A DNA stretch of 64,000 bases from Bdellovibrionales bacterium. GTDB lineage: Bacteria > Bdellovibrionota > Bdellovibrionia > Bdellovibrionales > UBA1609. This document shows positions 51,901-60,712 of this stretch, piece by piece (position 1 is the first letter of the stretch; every line of letters begins with the position of its first letter). The translations under genes and the position numbers were made by a program. The notes beneath the pieces are model-generated. The model had not been told where the DNA came from and did no database searches. It saw nothing but the letters and a program-made list of their open reading frames with translations. The stretch spans positions 32,001-96,000 of the forward strand of contig JAWLHR010000006.1 in assembly GCA_041690295.1 (NCBI GenBank), given 5' to 3'.

Positions 51901-54531
51901 TCCGGTCCCCACATCAACATTAAGAGTTTTGGTCACCGTTCCGCCGTTGACTATCATTCCTGTGCCCGCGATCAAATCAACGATGCCAGCGTCCGTAGCG
52001 GGTTCCCATTGCGAACCGGTCCACTTCAACACCTGGTCGTTTTGTGCGCCCGATTGCGTGATCGAAGACGGGGGGATTGAGATAGGAATGCTCGCCGCCG
52101 TGGTTAACCGACCTTGAGCATCGACCGTGAAATGCGCGACTTCCGAATTCGAACCATAGGTTCCCGCGATCACGCTGGTGTCGGTGAGGTCCAGCTGAAC
52201 GGAGCCGGAAGGTCCACCACCGGTCAAACCCGTGCCGGCGACGACTTCGGTGATATCTCCGCCCGGTCCCGCATCATCATCGGCGCAGATCCACTTGGAG
52301 CCATCCCACTTCAAAGTCTGATTATTCGTACAGGCCGTGTTGTTCGGTTTATACGTCAGATATTCGCCCGCCGCCGAACTGATTTGTCCGACGGTCAAGC
52401 CGGTCAATTGTGATCCATCCACAGCCGGCAACTTGGCGGTGCCATCCAACCGAACGATCTTGTTCGCTGTCGTGCCGACGTCCACGGAAAGAGTTTTCGC
52501 GTTTCCGGAGCCGGCGATCAACAAGCCCGTGTTGGTGTCAACATCAACCGTGTGACCGGTCTCATCGGTGGCGGGAGTCCATTGGCTTCCGTCGTACTTT
52601 AACACGTAGCCTGAAGTCGGAGCCGTGGAGTCGATCATCACGCCTTGCAAACTGACGGCATCGCTGCCACTGGCACCGGCGTCGATTCCGCACTGCCAGG
52701 CGGAACCATCCCATTTCAAAACCGCGTTGACGCCGCAAGCGGTGCCGCTGGGCGCGTACCGAAAGTATTTTCCAGCACCCGATGCGATATCTTCGACATC
52801 CAAACTTACCGCACCCGTTTTGCCGGCCACCGAAGTGACGGGCGCCGCGGGCAAGGGAGTCGGTTTCCATTCGCTGTCCACCGAATCCCACATCAAAACG
52901 TCGGAGGGATTTGGCGCGTTACCGCTCACGTCTCGTCCCTGAAGTTGTTCGGCATTCACGCTTGAGGTCGGAAGCAGGAAAGCCGGGATTTTTCCAGTGG
53001 CATCCAGTTCCGGCAGATTGCCCGCGCTCGTGCCGACGTCTCGAAAAGCCGCTGTTCCCAACGAGCCGCCCAGTACAGTGGAAAGATCCACGCAGATCCA
53101 ACCTGTCGTGGGGCCTCCCCACTGGAGAATTTCATTCAAAGCGCAGGACTTAAATTTCAACGTCGCACCCGTGGTGCTATCGCTGATCACCAAGCGGCCG
53201 GCGCCGATACCCGCTTGGTCGACGGTGCGGGCGCTGATCGCATCGTCGGCGATTTTCGGCTCGGTGACCGATTCATCCAAAATTTTTGAACTGGTTACGG
53301 CGTCAGGCGCGATATTGATCGCCTTCACGGCATTGGACGCAATCGTGGGATTGGGATAGGTGCCGGTCAAATCGCCGCCGGCGGAACCACTGGGTTCAAA
53401 ACCGACGTAGGCCGAACCATTCCACAAACGAACCGTATTCAAATCCGTGTTATAAAAAATTGAACCGGCGTGGGTCATGCCCAATCCGCCCTCTTGCGCG
53501 GTTGTGAAACGACCCAAGGTCAAAACCCGTTGATTGTCCATGGTGATATGACCGGTGGTTTCGATGTTGTTCCCGTTCATAACGATGGCGCCGGCCATTG
53601 TTCCGCCGGCCAATGGCAGTTTGGTGTTATCGACGGCTGATGGAGTGCCGGTGGTCCACTTGTTATTGGCCGCATCCCAGATGATTGTGTGTCCGTCGTT
53701 GGTGCCCGCACCGACGCCTGAAAGGTCAGCGGTTTTATCGCCGATGTGAGAATCCACCCATCCGCGGTTCACGGCGTCGGTGGCCGATGTCGGCGATCCC
53801 ACATTGGAGATCACCTGACCGTTGAACGAATAAGATGAGCTGAAACTATTAGTGAGCAGCTGTTGTAGTTTGGCGTAATTCGTGGCGGAGAAAATATTTT
53901 CCAGATTGCTCTGGCTGAGATCGGTGGCGGCATCGTCTTTGACCTGAAGGAACTGGCTCGGCAGTTTGCCTTGCAAGGTTTCAGCGACCAATGAACTCGG
54001 AACGGAAGTGATCAACGTGTTGGGAGAAAGGGGTGTCGTGAAGGATCCGGCGGAGTCGAGTTTCACCCAAATCCGGACTTCGCGATTGCTGCCGGCCGCG
54101 GGCGCGGCGGAACAATCTCCGGCGGTGTCGGCCACGCCATCCCCGTTACTGTCACCTGTGGGCGCGCCTTCGAAAGCCGTCATCAGGTTTCCGAACTCCG
54201 TGGTACCGCCGCCGAGCTTTAACGAAAAACGTCCTTGCAGGTCAGGATCGGTGGAACGCAAGTCGATGGCGTCATGAAATTCACGATAGAAAACGCAAGT
54301 CTTACCCTGTTCCACGATTTCAAGGCGGATGTCGACGATGTCATCGTAAGGAACCGGGGGTGTTGTGCTGTTATCGTAAAGGCGACCCTCAATGGTGAAA
54401 TTCTTCGGCAGCAATTGGGCATGGGCCGTGAGGCTCAATGTGAACAAAAGAGAGACGCATGTAACGTGTCCAAGAGCACGCACGTACCGAACAACAGCAG
54501 CCTGAGTTAAACACAACAATCTACGTCCCAC
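48952..54531 (-). CDS. Large mosaic fibre/adhesin (MAT-like), 1859 aa
   Basis: Signal peptide (AHA), DAVN neck-like motif, LKWDGS.W modules, NTAIG..AL beta-helix repeats, GIGT..P...LHV repeats. Exact start uncertain. Confidence 0.9.
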   Translation of the reverse strand: MGRRLLCLTQAAVVRYVRALGHVTCVSLLFTLSLTAHAQLLPKNFTIEGRLYDNSTTPPVPYDDIVDIRLEIVEQGKTCVFYREFHDAIDLRSTDPDLQGRFSLKLGGGTTEFGNLMTAFEGAPTGDSNGDGVADTAGDCSAAPAAGSNREVRIWVKLDSAGSFTTPLSPNTLITSVPSSLVAETLQGKLPSQFLQVKDDAATDLSQSNLENIFSATNYAKLQQLLTNSFSSSYSFNGQVISNVGSPTSATDAVNRGWVDSHIGDKTADLSGVGAGTNDGHTIIWDAANNKWTTGTPSAVDNTKLPLAGGTMAGAIVMNGNNIETTGHITMDNQRVLTLGRFTTAQEGGLGMTHAGSIFYNTDLNTVRLWNGSAYVGFEPSGSAGGDLTGTYPNPTIASNAVKAINIAPDAVTSSKILDESVTEPKIADDAISARTVDQAGIGAGRLVISDSTTGATLKFKSCALNEILQWGGPTTGWICVDLSTVLGGSLGTAAFRDVGTSAGNLPELDATGKIPAFLLPTSSVNAEQLQGRDVSGNAPNPSDVLMWDSVDSEWKPTPLPAAPVTSVAGKTGAVSLDVEDIASGAGKYFRYAPSGTACGVNAVLKWDGSAWQCGIDAGASGSDAVSLQGVMIDSTAPTSGYVLKYDGSQWTPATDETGHTVDVDTNTGLLIAGSGNAKTLSVDVGTTANKIVRLDGTAKLPAVDGSQLTGLTVGQISSAAGEYLTYKPNNTACTNNQTLKWDGSKWICADDDAGPGGDITEVVAGTGLTGGGPSGSVQLDLTDTSVIAGTYGSNSEVAHFTVDAQGRLTTAASIPISIPPSSITQSGAQNDQVLKWTGSQWEPATDAGIVDLIAGTGMIVNGGTVTKTLNVDVGTGANQIPQLDSTGRLGLGTNTVTNGAILDLWGETQSTSSLIVPRASTANRPTSPVDGMIRYNISLAKFEVFENGTWTNMVGSTGATSVDELIDARSPGSGSIYIGTNSGTSGTGSSNTALGISALMNSITGSGNTAIGFSALNSNTNSANNTAIGANVLVNSTGGNNTAIGSSALHWHTSGNSNVAIGTNAGAGSMSSIQNQNVIIGAQAGQSVQSADQNIFIGYRAGSNLENGAGNIIIGTDITTPTISSDSYLNIGDAIVGDLSAGGHVRFKAPDTAPADADFTPGQYSIWLDETNDEFELKAMKSDGTIFSRTLAGSTADNLGDHTATENIKLNGNWLSNDGGNEGLRIDNSGLVGIGTSAPARLLHVNGVARISPTALPGTAGAGDLMFDSGDGNKLKYHDGTSWQTVGTSHGTVTVVDMTVPSFLSVSGGPVTTAGSFDITLKNQGANLVFAGPPSGSSGTPDFRALAEDDIPDLDAAKIASGTLGVNRGGTGRNSFSNNAILVTDGSGALTAGVTCSNAGYAMKWDGSQWICAADNQGSTSVGTAGEVQFSDGFGNLNSNIDFFWDNSLSHLGIGTTAPNFPLHVAGPIHTDGQFLASSGSSSAPVYSNAGDTNTGLFFPASDQIAVAAGGAETLRVANGKVGINVTTIGDAALHVHRPINNAPVLIAQGGSSKSIFRQTTGSAKSEWITRSDETMELDAGGDGDSEVVVTSGGRIGIGGPPLSAALTVHGTGTNSLMIIPADSTANRPSAEMAALRYNKQEHLFEVGVDSQWHNMVTISQNGVISGRTQNEEMIISADPENNYGGGAEIKLTGSTAADPKYFSVSTDGIERMSINEDGRINVTGLAGFSEPISAPNVNGVTIVTSSGITFNGGNPLNHNKNALLILNAMSGSITVECIQPGSRGQSLKILRSMAASTTLINGSPCSPNSPIHTAFVGGGGSIASDASNGFHVELVYLNGNDAYSGSPAGWYIISFDP

Positions 54532-54540
54532 TGCACATAT

Positions 54541-54567
54541 TTATCGGAAATGAGTCACTTCGACTGA
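54541..54567 (-). promoter_or_regulatory. sigma28 (FliA)-like promoter of second fibre gene
   Basis: Minus strand TCAG-N15-TCCGATAA. Confidence 0.55.
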
Positions 54568-54651
54568 AGTCCATGTCGTCTTTTGATGCATTTTCTCTTT
54601 TTGATACAGGACTTACAGTTATGGTCCGAACTGGCCGAAGATACAGGTGTA

Positions 54652-55278
54652 ATGAAATCCTTCCGCGTTTTTCTCATTTTAGGAATACTGTTGTCGGGTG
54701 TGGCCTGTACCAAAGCCACACCGGAATTCGATTTGTTGGATGAGAACGCGATCCCTCAACCGAAATTTTCCGGCTCCACGGTGAAGTCTATTACGACTTC
54801 CAGTTCAGGGGTTACCTTTTTAATCTCGGGTGAATGTGATCCGAAAATCCGATCCATTTCAGCCATGGCCGTGGGCCAAAGCTCATCGTTCAGTGATCTT
54901 GGATCTCTGATTTCGGGCACAGCCGCGGTCGAATGCTCTTCCAAAGGGACCTTCAGCTTCCAACTGAAAAGTCTCAGCGATATCTTCGCCAATGTGAAGA
55001 TGGGTGAGACTTATGAAATTCAGTTGCGCGGAGTCACCAGCGCGGGTTCCAGTAAGCCCAGCTACATTCGAATCAGTTATCAGAGCCCGACAGGCAACCC
55101 ATACGTTACCATTGCCGCGGGCGGTATTCATGGCGGTGCGGAAGTCGCCAACAAAGCCTCTGGCGCGGGATTTAAGGCGGACATTTTTGTCCGCCACATG
55201 GGTAAGACGTTTCCCGGAGCCGCGCAAAATCCGTCGAACGCGGAATTCTCCGCGCGCATCGGCGTGACCTCCCGTTAA
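54652..55278 (+). CDS. Hypothetical lipoprotein
   Basis: MKSFR + hydrophobic + GVAC lipobox; SGEC...C..G.F Ig-like pattern. Confidence 0.72.
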   Translation: MKSFRVFLILGILLSGVACTKATPEFDLLDENAIPQPKFSGSTVKSITTSSSGVTFLISGECDPKIRSISAMAVGQSSSFSDLGSLISGTAAVECSSKGTFSFQLKSLSDIFANVKMGETYEIQLRGVTSAGSSKPSYIRISYQSPTGNPYVTIAAGGIHGGAEVANKASGAGFKADIFVRHMGKTFPGAAQNPSNAEFSARIGVTSR

Positions 55279-58010
55279 AAGCTGGTTTGAAGAGTGAGCC
55301 GAACCAGGCTTTCTTTTTCTTTTTTGGGATCGCGTGTGTTGTACGCGTTCAGGTATCTGATCACCGCTGGCATCTTGTGAAAAAGAAGAAGTTGCAGATC
55401 GGCGCCATAACCCCACTCGAAAATGTTGGGCGGATGGCGATCACTCTCATCGAGGAAAGTGGCCTGCGCGACGATGACGGGAGCGATGCGATCAATGCCG
55501 ACCGGAAAACGCGCGGAGTAAGCGTGAGCGGGCACCACCTTATGCGCCTCCAAGCGTACGGCGCTCGCGGTTTTAACCAAATACTCCCGATGCCCCGTGA
55601 GAAGGGGAACGGTGATGTCGCGAGCGCTGGGCGTGACCAAGGCTTCGAGATGAATGTCCCTTGTTTCGGCCCAGGCCACCTGACCCGTTGTCGTCAGATA
55701 AAATTCCCTGGGGAATCCATGCTGGTAAAAAAGTTGAGCGCTTGAGGTGTTATGCTTCTTGGTCCACTCGTTGATTTTCGATTGTAAGCGATTGGTGAAA
55801 CCAAAGCTGAATTTTCGCCAGGCAAAAAGCCCAAGGGGCGGATTGATCTGGTGTTGAATGAAAAACTGCGTTCGCGCGCCGTAAGTTTCTTCGGTGTTCC
55901 AGGTGGTTTGCGAGGGGGCCGAGGGGTCATCGTGGGTGTCTCGTTTTTCATAAATCGCGGCCACCCCAAGACCCGCGTCCCAAGTTCGCCATCGGAGCAG
56001 CGGCACGGTGAAGCCAAAGGCGGCCGATTGATCGTAGGCCCTTCGTTCAACGTGGTTTCTCTGGCGCCAGAAATCCTCGTGATACAAATAGGACGCCTGC
56101 CACTTCACGAGATACTTCGTGAATTCGTAATAGACGCTGGCCGATTGATCGCGGAACTGAGTTCCGCCATACCCGAGACTGATTCGTTGATATTCCAGCG
56201 GATCATAAAAGTGCGACAACAAAGACACGGCCATGCCCGAATACGACGAATATCCGGTTGAAAAGTCCATGGCGCTGAATCGAAGTTCACGAAAGGAGTT
56301 GTATTCGCGGTCCTCGTTTTCGACTTGCTCCTGCGGCACGGTTTCTTCCGGCGCGATCGTTTCCGTCGTAAAACCGTAATTGTAGACCGCGGGTCGGGCG
56401 GACAGCACTTCCGACTCGGCCACGAAGACGCGATTCGTGGCCGCGCCCACTTCGACAATCAAAAATTCACGTTCGTTGATTTGCCGGGCATTCATCACCC
56501 GATCCGACGGCAGAACCCGGAAAATCTCATAATTGTTGTAGCGATAGAGGGAAGCTCCAGCTTCGGTGTTGGCGACAAAATAAATGGTCCCGTCGGGCGT
56601 GACCTCCATGGGCTTGGCGTAATAGCCTTCGAATTTGAACACCGGTTCACGATTCTTGTACAGCACACGCTCCGTACCGTTCTGGCGAAAGTAATAAACA
56701 TTTCCGTGATCATCGAGGATCACCGAGGAGTGGGCGACGTCATACGGTTCACCATCGAGAAGAACCCGGGTTTCCAGCCAGGAGTTGGTGGCGGCAAGCG
56801 CCGTGGTCTTGCCGGCTCGCCGGTCGGTGAGAATCTGACCCCGAAACCGGGGGTCGAAACGAAAATTCTCACCGTATAATGAATATTCTATGTTTCGTAG
56901 ATTGTGCTTTACCGAGGCCACCGCAAGCGGAACATCACCCTCAAAGAAAACCTTGCCCATGGGCAAATTGGTCTGTGTTTCCGAAAGGTGGCCGCTTTGC
57001 TTGTCGTAAACATAAAGGATGGGCGGCTCCACACCATCGCTCGCCAAAAACCAAATGCGGTTTTGGTCATGATTCAGTGGCGAGACCATCTTGGCCGTCA
57101 GCAATAATCGTCCTTCGGTGCTCTTTTGCGTCTGGGCCAGCGGTTCCCACGAGCGCACGTATTCGCGAATTTCCTGCGGGTAACTTTCACCAAAATGATC
57201 GCGGAATGTGCGGTTCAAAATCAAAGGCCAGAGGTAATGTTCGCCTTGTTTAACGAAAAAACCATTGGTCTTTTCGATCCCATATTTCTCCGCCAGATGG
57301 GCTTGAAAATAGCCGCCCTGCAGGTACGCCACGGATCCATAGGGAAAGCGGAATTGATCGTTGATCAATCGCGCGGGATCGATTTGGTTTTCTTTGATTT
57401 GCGCCAAAACGAGGGCGCGCGCTCCACCGCTGTGTAAACGACCGCCCAGGTTGATGCGGGACTCATTCAAAACCGCGTTTCCTTCGATCAAAAACGACGG
57501 GGTGAAAACATTCGGATGAATAAAAATGGGCCATATAAAGAAAACGGCCATGGGCGTGTTGCCGAACACCCGGCTCAATGCGGTCGGAAACGGAGATTTG
57601 GCATTGATCTGATAAAGGTGCGCGGTCTCATGCGCGTCCAAAGTGAGTAGCCAGCTCGAAGACGCCGACTCTTCCAAAAACGGAGCGCCCGCGGGAAACC
57701 ACACGGATTTCAAATTGGGTAATATCGTGGCGTAAGCATTGGTGATTTGATGGCGGCTGGACGCGAGGATCAAGTCTTGGCGTTCATCGAGCTTCCATCC
57801 ATAGCTCCGATCGTACATGCGCCGGAAAACACGATGATACGTGGCCAGCTGAGCAACCGCCTCGCGGCCTTCCTTATCGAAGATGTACATCGTATGACCG
57901 TGGTGCCAACGGTAGTAGGGACCATCATTCGGCAGCAAAACGCTACCTATCGCGATGGTTGAATGAAGGAGACCGAAAACAATGAGAATACGTGTGCACA
58001 CACGCGCCAT
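55275..58010 (-). CDS. Large outer-membrane protein: HExxH zincin-like domain, beta-rich middle, C-terminal barrel
   Basis: NAYAT, AHETAH, IEGNAV..E; C-terminal amphipathic strands ending in Phe. Confidence 0.78.
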   Translation of the reverse strand: MARVCTRILIVFGLLHSTIAIGSVLLPNDGPYYRWHHGHTMYIFDKEGREAVAQLATYHRVFRRMYDRSYGWKLDERQDLILASSRHQITNAYATILPNLKSVWFPAGAPFLEESASSSWLLTLDAHETAHLYQINAKSPFPTALSRVFGNTPMAVFFIWPIFIHPNVFTPSFLIEGNAVLNESRINLGGRLHSGGARALVLAQIKENQIDPARLINDQFRFPYGSVAYLQGGYFQAHLAEKYGIEKTNGFFVKQGEHYLWPLILNRTFRDHFGESYPQEIREYVRSWEPLAQTQKSTEGRLLLTAKMVSPLNHDQNRIWFLASDGVEPPILYVYDKQSGHLSETQTNLPMGKVFFEGDVPLAVASVKHNLRNIEYSLYGENFRFDPRFRGQILTDRRAGKTTALAATNSWLETRVLLDGEPYDVAHSSVILDDHGNVYYFRQNGTERVLYKNREPVFKFEGYYAKPMEVTPDGTIYFVANTEAGASLYRYNNYEIFRVLPSDRVMNARQINEREFLIVEVGAATNRVFVAESEVLSARPAVYNYGFTTETIAPEETVPQEQVENEDREYNSFRELRFSAMDFSTGYSSYSGMAVSLLSHFYDPLEYQRISLGYGGTQFRDQSASVYYEFTKYLVKWQASYLYHEDFWRQRNHVERRAYDQSAAFGFTVPLLRWRTWDAGLGVAAIYEKRDTHDDPSAPSQTTWNTEETYGARTQFFIQHQINPPLGLFAWRKFSFGFTNRLQSKINEWTKKHNTSSAQLFYQHGFPREFYLTTTGQVAWAETRDIHLEALVTPSARDITVPLLTGHREYLVKTASAVRLEAHKVVPAHAYSARFPVGIDRIAPVIVAQATFLDESDRHPPNIFEWGYGADLQLLLFHKMPAVIRYLNAYNTRDPKKEKESLVRLTLQTSF

Positions 58011-58333
58011 TCGGACATTTGTGATGGATGGCCTTTCGCTTGTCCATTGATGATTGTCAGAGCCCGAGTGAGCGCTTACTTTAAGGGCAAATTGCGGGGC
58101 CATTCCCCTGTGAGCGAACCGCGCGCGTGGCTCGCCGGTGAGAGTTTTTCAAGAACGTATGGAATAATTTACTCTATAATGCAATGTGTCTCGTTCTGTG
58201 GTATGGGGAATGGAAAATCACATTGATTGGCCGTGCATTGAAGAATTGCGCCGTTTGAAGTATATACATGAGATATATTCATCCATCAGCGTCGCAGCTC
58301 GCGCGGCAAGCTCGCAACAGGTACGGAGGTTTC

Positions 58334-58777
58334 ATGCTTAACAATCTCGATCTCATTCGGAAACCGGCTCAAGAGGTCAAACCCGTTATGCAAAACGCTG
58401 AGGTGGACGACGATCTTGCAACGCTCGATTCGATCGATAACATCCTGGATTTGGAAGAGGATCAGTATCCGCGCTTCACCCTGGCCAAGAACAAGGCCCG
58501 TTTCTTACGCATGTTGAGCTGGTACAAAAACAAGGAAGAATGGTTGGACGTGGCGCCTTTGAGCGGCGTTAACAAACTCTTCAAGCAGCAAACGAAAGAG
58601 TTGGAAGGTATCCGCTCCAGCAAATTGGATTACGAAATGGAACTTGAAACCGGCACGCTCACTCCGTCCCAGCGCTCCTATCGCCGGGATGAGCTGAAAA
58701 TGTGCAAGGTTCAGGAAAAAATGGCGGTTCACCTGATCGCTAAAATGCAGGTGAAGATCAAATCCGGCCGCCGCTAA
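58334..58777 (+). CDS. Hypothetical helical protein
   Basis: GGAGG RBS before ATG 58334; typical codon usage; 147 aa. Confidence 0.72.
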   Translation: MLNNLDLIRKPAQEVKPVMQNAEVDDDLATLDSIDNILDLEEDQYPRFTLAKNKARFLRMLSWYKNKEEWLDVAPLSGVNKLFKQQTKELEGIRSSKLDYEMELETGTLTPSQRSYRRDELKMCKVQEKMAVHLIAKMQVKIKSGRR

Positions 58778-58971
58778 GCCTGAGGCGGCCGGATTTCCGA
58801 GTCTCATTATAAAACACTAGTAAATCCGATAAGTTAAGGACCATGAGCCAAACTGGGCAAAATTTTCCTAATTTTCTCAGTTTAAGTCGCCGATATGTCA
58901 CTAGTGAGGCAGTTGGCTGGCCAAGCGAGAGACGGTCAACGCCTTAAATAGAACCAAATCGGAGGTTTTCA

Positions 58972-59403
58972 ATGGCACGTACTATGGTGGTCCTGGTCGG
59001 AGACGATCGCGATCAATGCGAGAAGCTCAAGACCATGAGCCAGGGAATGGGATGCAATGTCCATGTGTTCGCTCCGTCGGAGTGGGCGAAGGCACTGCAT
59101 GATCCATCGACTCGGCAAAGATTGATGGGCGAGGTTCCGGCTTTGAGTGCGGGAATGAACCCGTTGGCGGAAGGCGCGAAGATTCTACAGTTTCCGCAGC
59201 CGTCCATGGGGGGCGATGAAGGAAGCAAGGTTCGCACTATAAATGAACTTGAAAGTATGGCCATTGAGAATGCGATTCATGAGTTCGGCGGCAATTTGAC
59301 CGAAGCGGCTAAAGCTTTGGGAATCGGTCGCGCCACTCTTTATCGCAAAGTGAAGCAATATAATATTGACCCGTCGAGCGCGCGTAAAAAACGTGCCGCT
59401 TAA
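58972..59403 (+). CDS. Small Fis-type (HTH_8) DNA-binding protein with degenerate receiver-like N-terminus
   Basis: GGAGG RBS; LE..AI..A....GGNLTEAAKALGIGRATLYRK; no AAA+ domain. Confidence 0.88.
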   Translation: MARTMVVLVGDDRDQCEKLKTMSQGMGCNVHVFAPSEWAKALHDPSTRQRLMGEVPALSAGMNPLAEGAKILQFPQPSMGGDEGSKVRTINELESMAIENAIHEFGGNLTEAAKALGIGRATLYRKVKQYNIDPSSARKKRAA

Positions 59404-59449
59404 TACGAGAACACTTCCACAAGGATGGACGGCGGCCTAATATAGACGA

Positions 59450-60661
59450 ATGGGCCGCCTGTCTACGTTAATCTTGTTTATTGCCAGCGTCGCCGCTGGC
59501 ATTTTTATTAATCAATCCGGGCGAAACAGCGAAATCTTCCATGCCATCTGCGCGCTCACCGAGCGCAACTTCTATAAAGACAGCGACGAACTGGAAAATT
59601 GGGCTCGCGAATGCCGTGGTCGCGCGCAAGAGGTTTCGAACTCGTTGACTGTTCCGCAGTTGATCGAGCGCATTCAATCCCACATGAACCGGTTGGGAGT
59701 GTCGCATTTTCAAATCTACAGTCCGGCCGAAGATAAAAAACTCTGGCAGGGCAAAGCCATCGACACGGGAATCCGCGCCCGATACGTGGAAGATTATTTG
59801 ATCGTTTATCGTGTGTTGCCCGAAAGCGGTGGCGAAAAGGCCGGTATCGAGCCGGGCGATGAAATTCTGGCCATCGCCGGCGCGTCTCAAGTCACCCCCT
59901 GGGGCGCGCAAAACCGCTCCGGAGAATTCACCATCAAGCGGGCGAATAAAATTATTCGCACCAATGTGGAAGCCATTGAACTGGAAATCACCGACGGACC
60001 GGAACTCTACACTTTGGATCCTCACACCGCCGTTTTGGAAATTCCGAGCTTTCGTTCCGAATTTTTTGATCCGGACGCGTGGCGGGATTTGACCGCGCGT
60101 TTGAATCGTTTTTCCCATATCATTATTGATTTGCGCGAGAACGCGGGTGGAAATTTCGTGGCCATGCTTCGCGGTTTATCGCCGTTCACCTGCGGCCCCA
60201 AATCCATCGGCCAATTGGTGCAGCCGCGCCGCCAAGGCGAGGACAAGCCGGGGTTCGATGACAACACGGATGACGCCTACCAGATTGAAGAATTGGGCCG
60301 CTATCGCAGCATTGGTCTTGTCACATTCGACGGCTACGGTTGTTACACCGGGCGGGTGACGGTGCTGGTGGGGCCTGACACAACTTCGGTGGCGGAAATC
60401 TTCGCGCACAGCTTTTACTATCGGCCGAAGTCACGCATCTTCGGGCAACCCACCGCCGGCAATGTGGTTTTGGCGGTTTGGTATGATCTTCCCGCATTGG
60501 GCGAAGGTTATAGTATTTCAATTCCCGAGGCGGTTTATCTCACTCCGGAAAATGAGGAGTTGGAAAATCGGGGAGTCGCACCTCAAAAAGAAATTTATTA
60601 CGAGCTTGGTGACGCCCGGGCCGGTCAAGACACATTCCTGAAACGTGCGCGCGAAATGTAG
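59450..60661 (+). CDS. S41 family (tail-specific/CtpA-like) peptidase with PDZ domain
   Basis: AGIEPGDEI, IIDLRENAGG, TTSVAE, GQPTAG, ENRGVAP. Confidence 0.87.
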   Translation: MGRLSTLILFIASVAAGIFINQSGRNSEIFHAICALTERNFYKDSDELENWARECRGRAQEVSNSLTVPQLIERIQSHMNRLGVSHFQIYSPAEDKKLWQGKAIDTGIRARYVEDYLIVYRVLPESGGEKAGIEPGDEILAIAGASQVTPWGAQNRSGEFTIKRANKIIRTNVEAIELEITDGPELYTLDPHTAVLEIPSFRSEFFDPDAWRDLTARLNRFSHIIIDLRENAGGNFVAMLRGLSPFTCGPKSIGQLVQPRRQGEDKPGFDDNTDDAYQIEELGRYRSIGLVTFDGYGCYTGRVTVLVGPDTTSVAEIFAHSFYYRPKSRIFGQPTAGNVVLAVWYDLPALGEGYSISIPEAVYLTPENEELENRGVAPQKEIYYELGDARAGQDTFLKRAREM

Positions 60662-60712
60662 GCCGTTCCTTTTCAGGATGCCGTGCATCCTGAAAAGGAA
60701 CGGCCTACATTT
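60654..60712. repeat. REP doublet (REPIN-like) forming a perfect 28-bp hairpin
   Basis: GTAGGCCGTTCCTTTTCAGGATGC-CGT-GCATCCTGAAAAGGAACGGCCTAC, extended by AAAT/ATTT. Confidence 0.9.
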
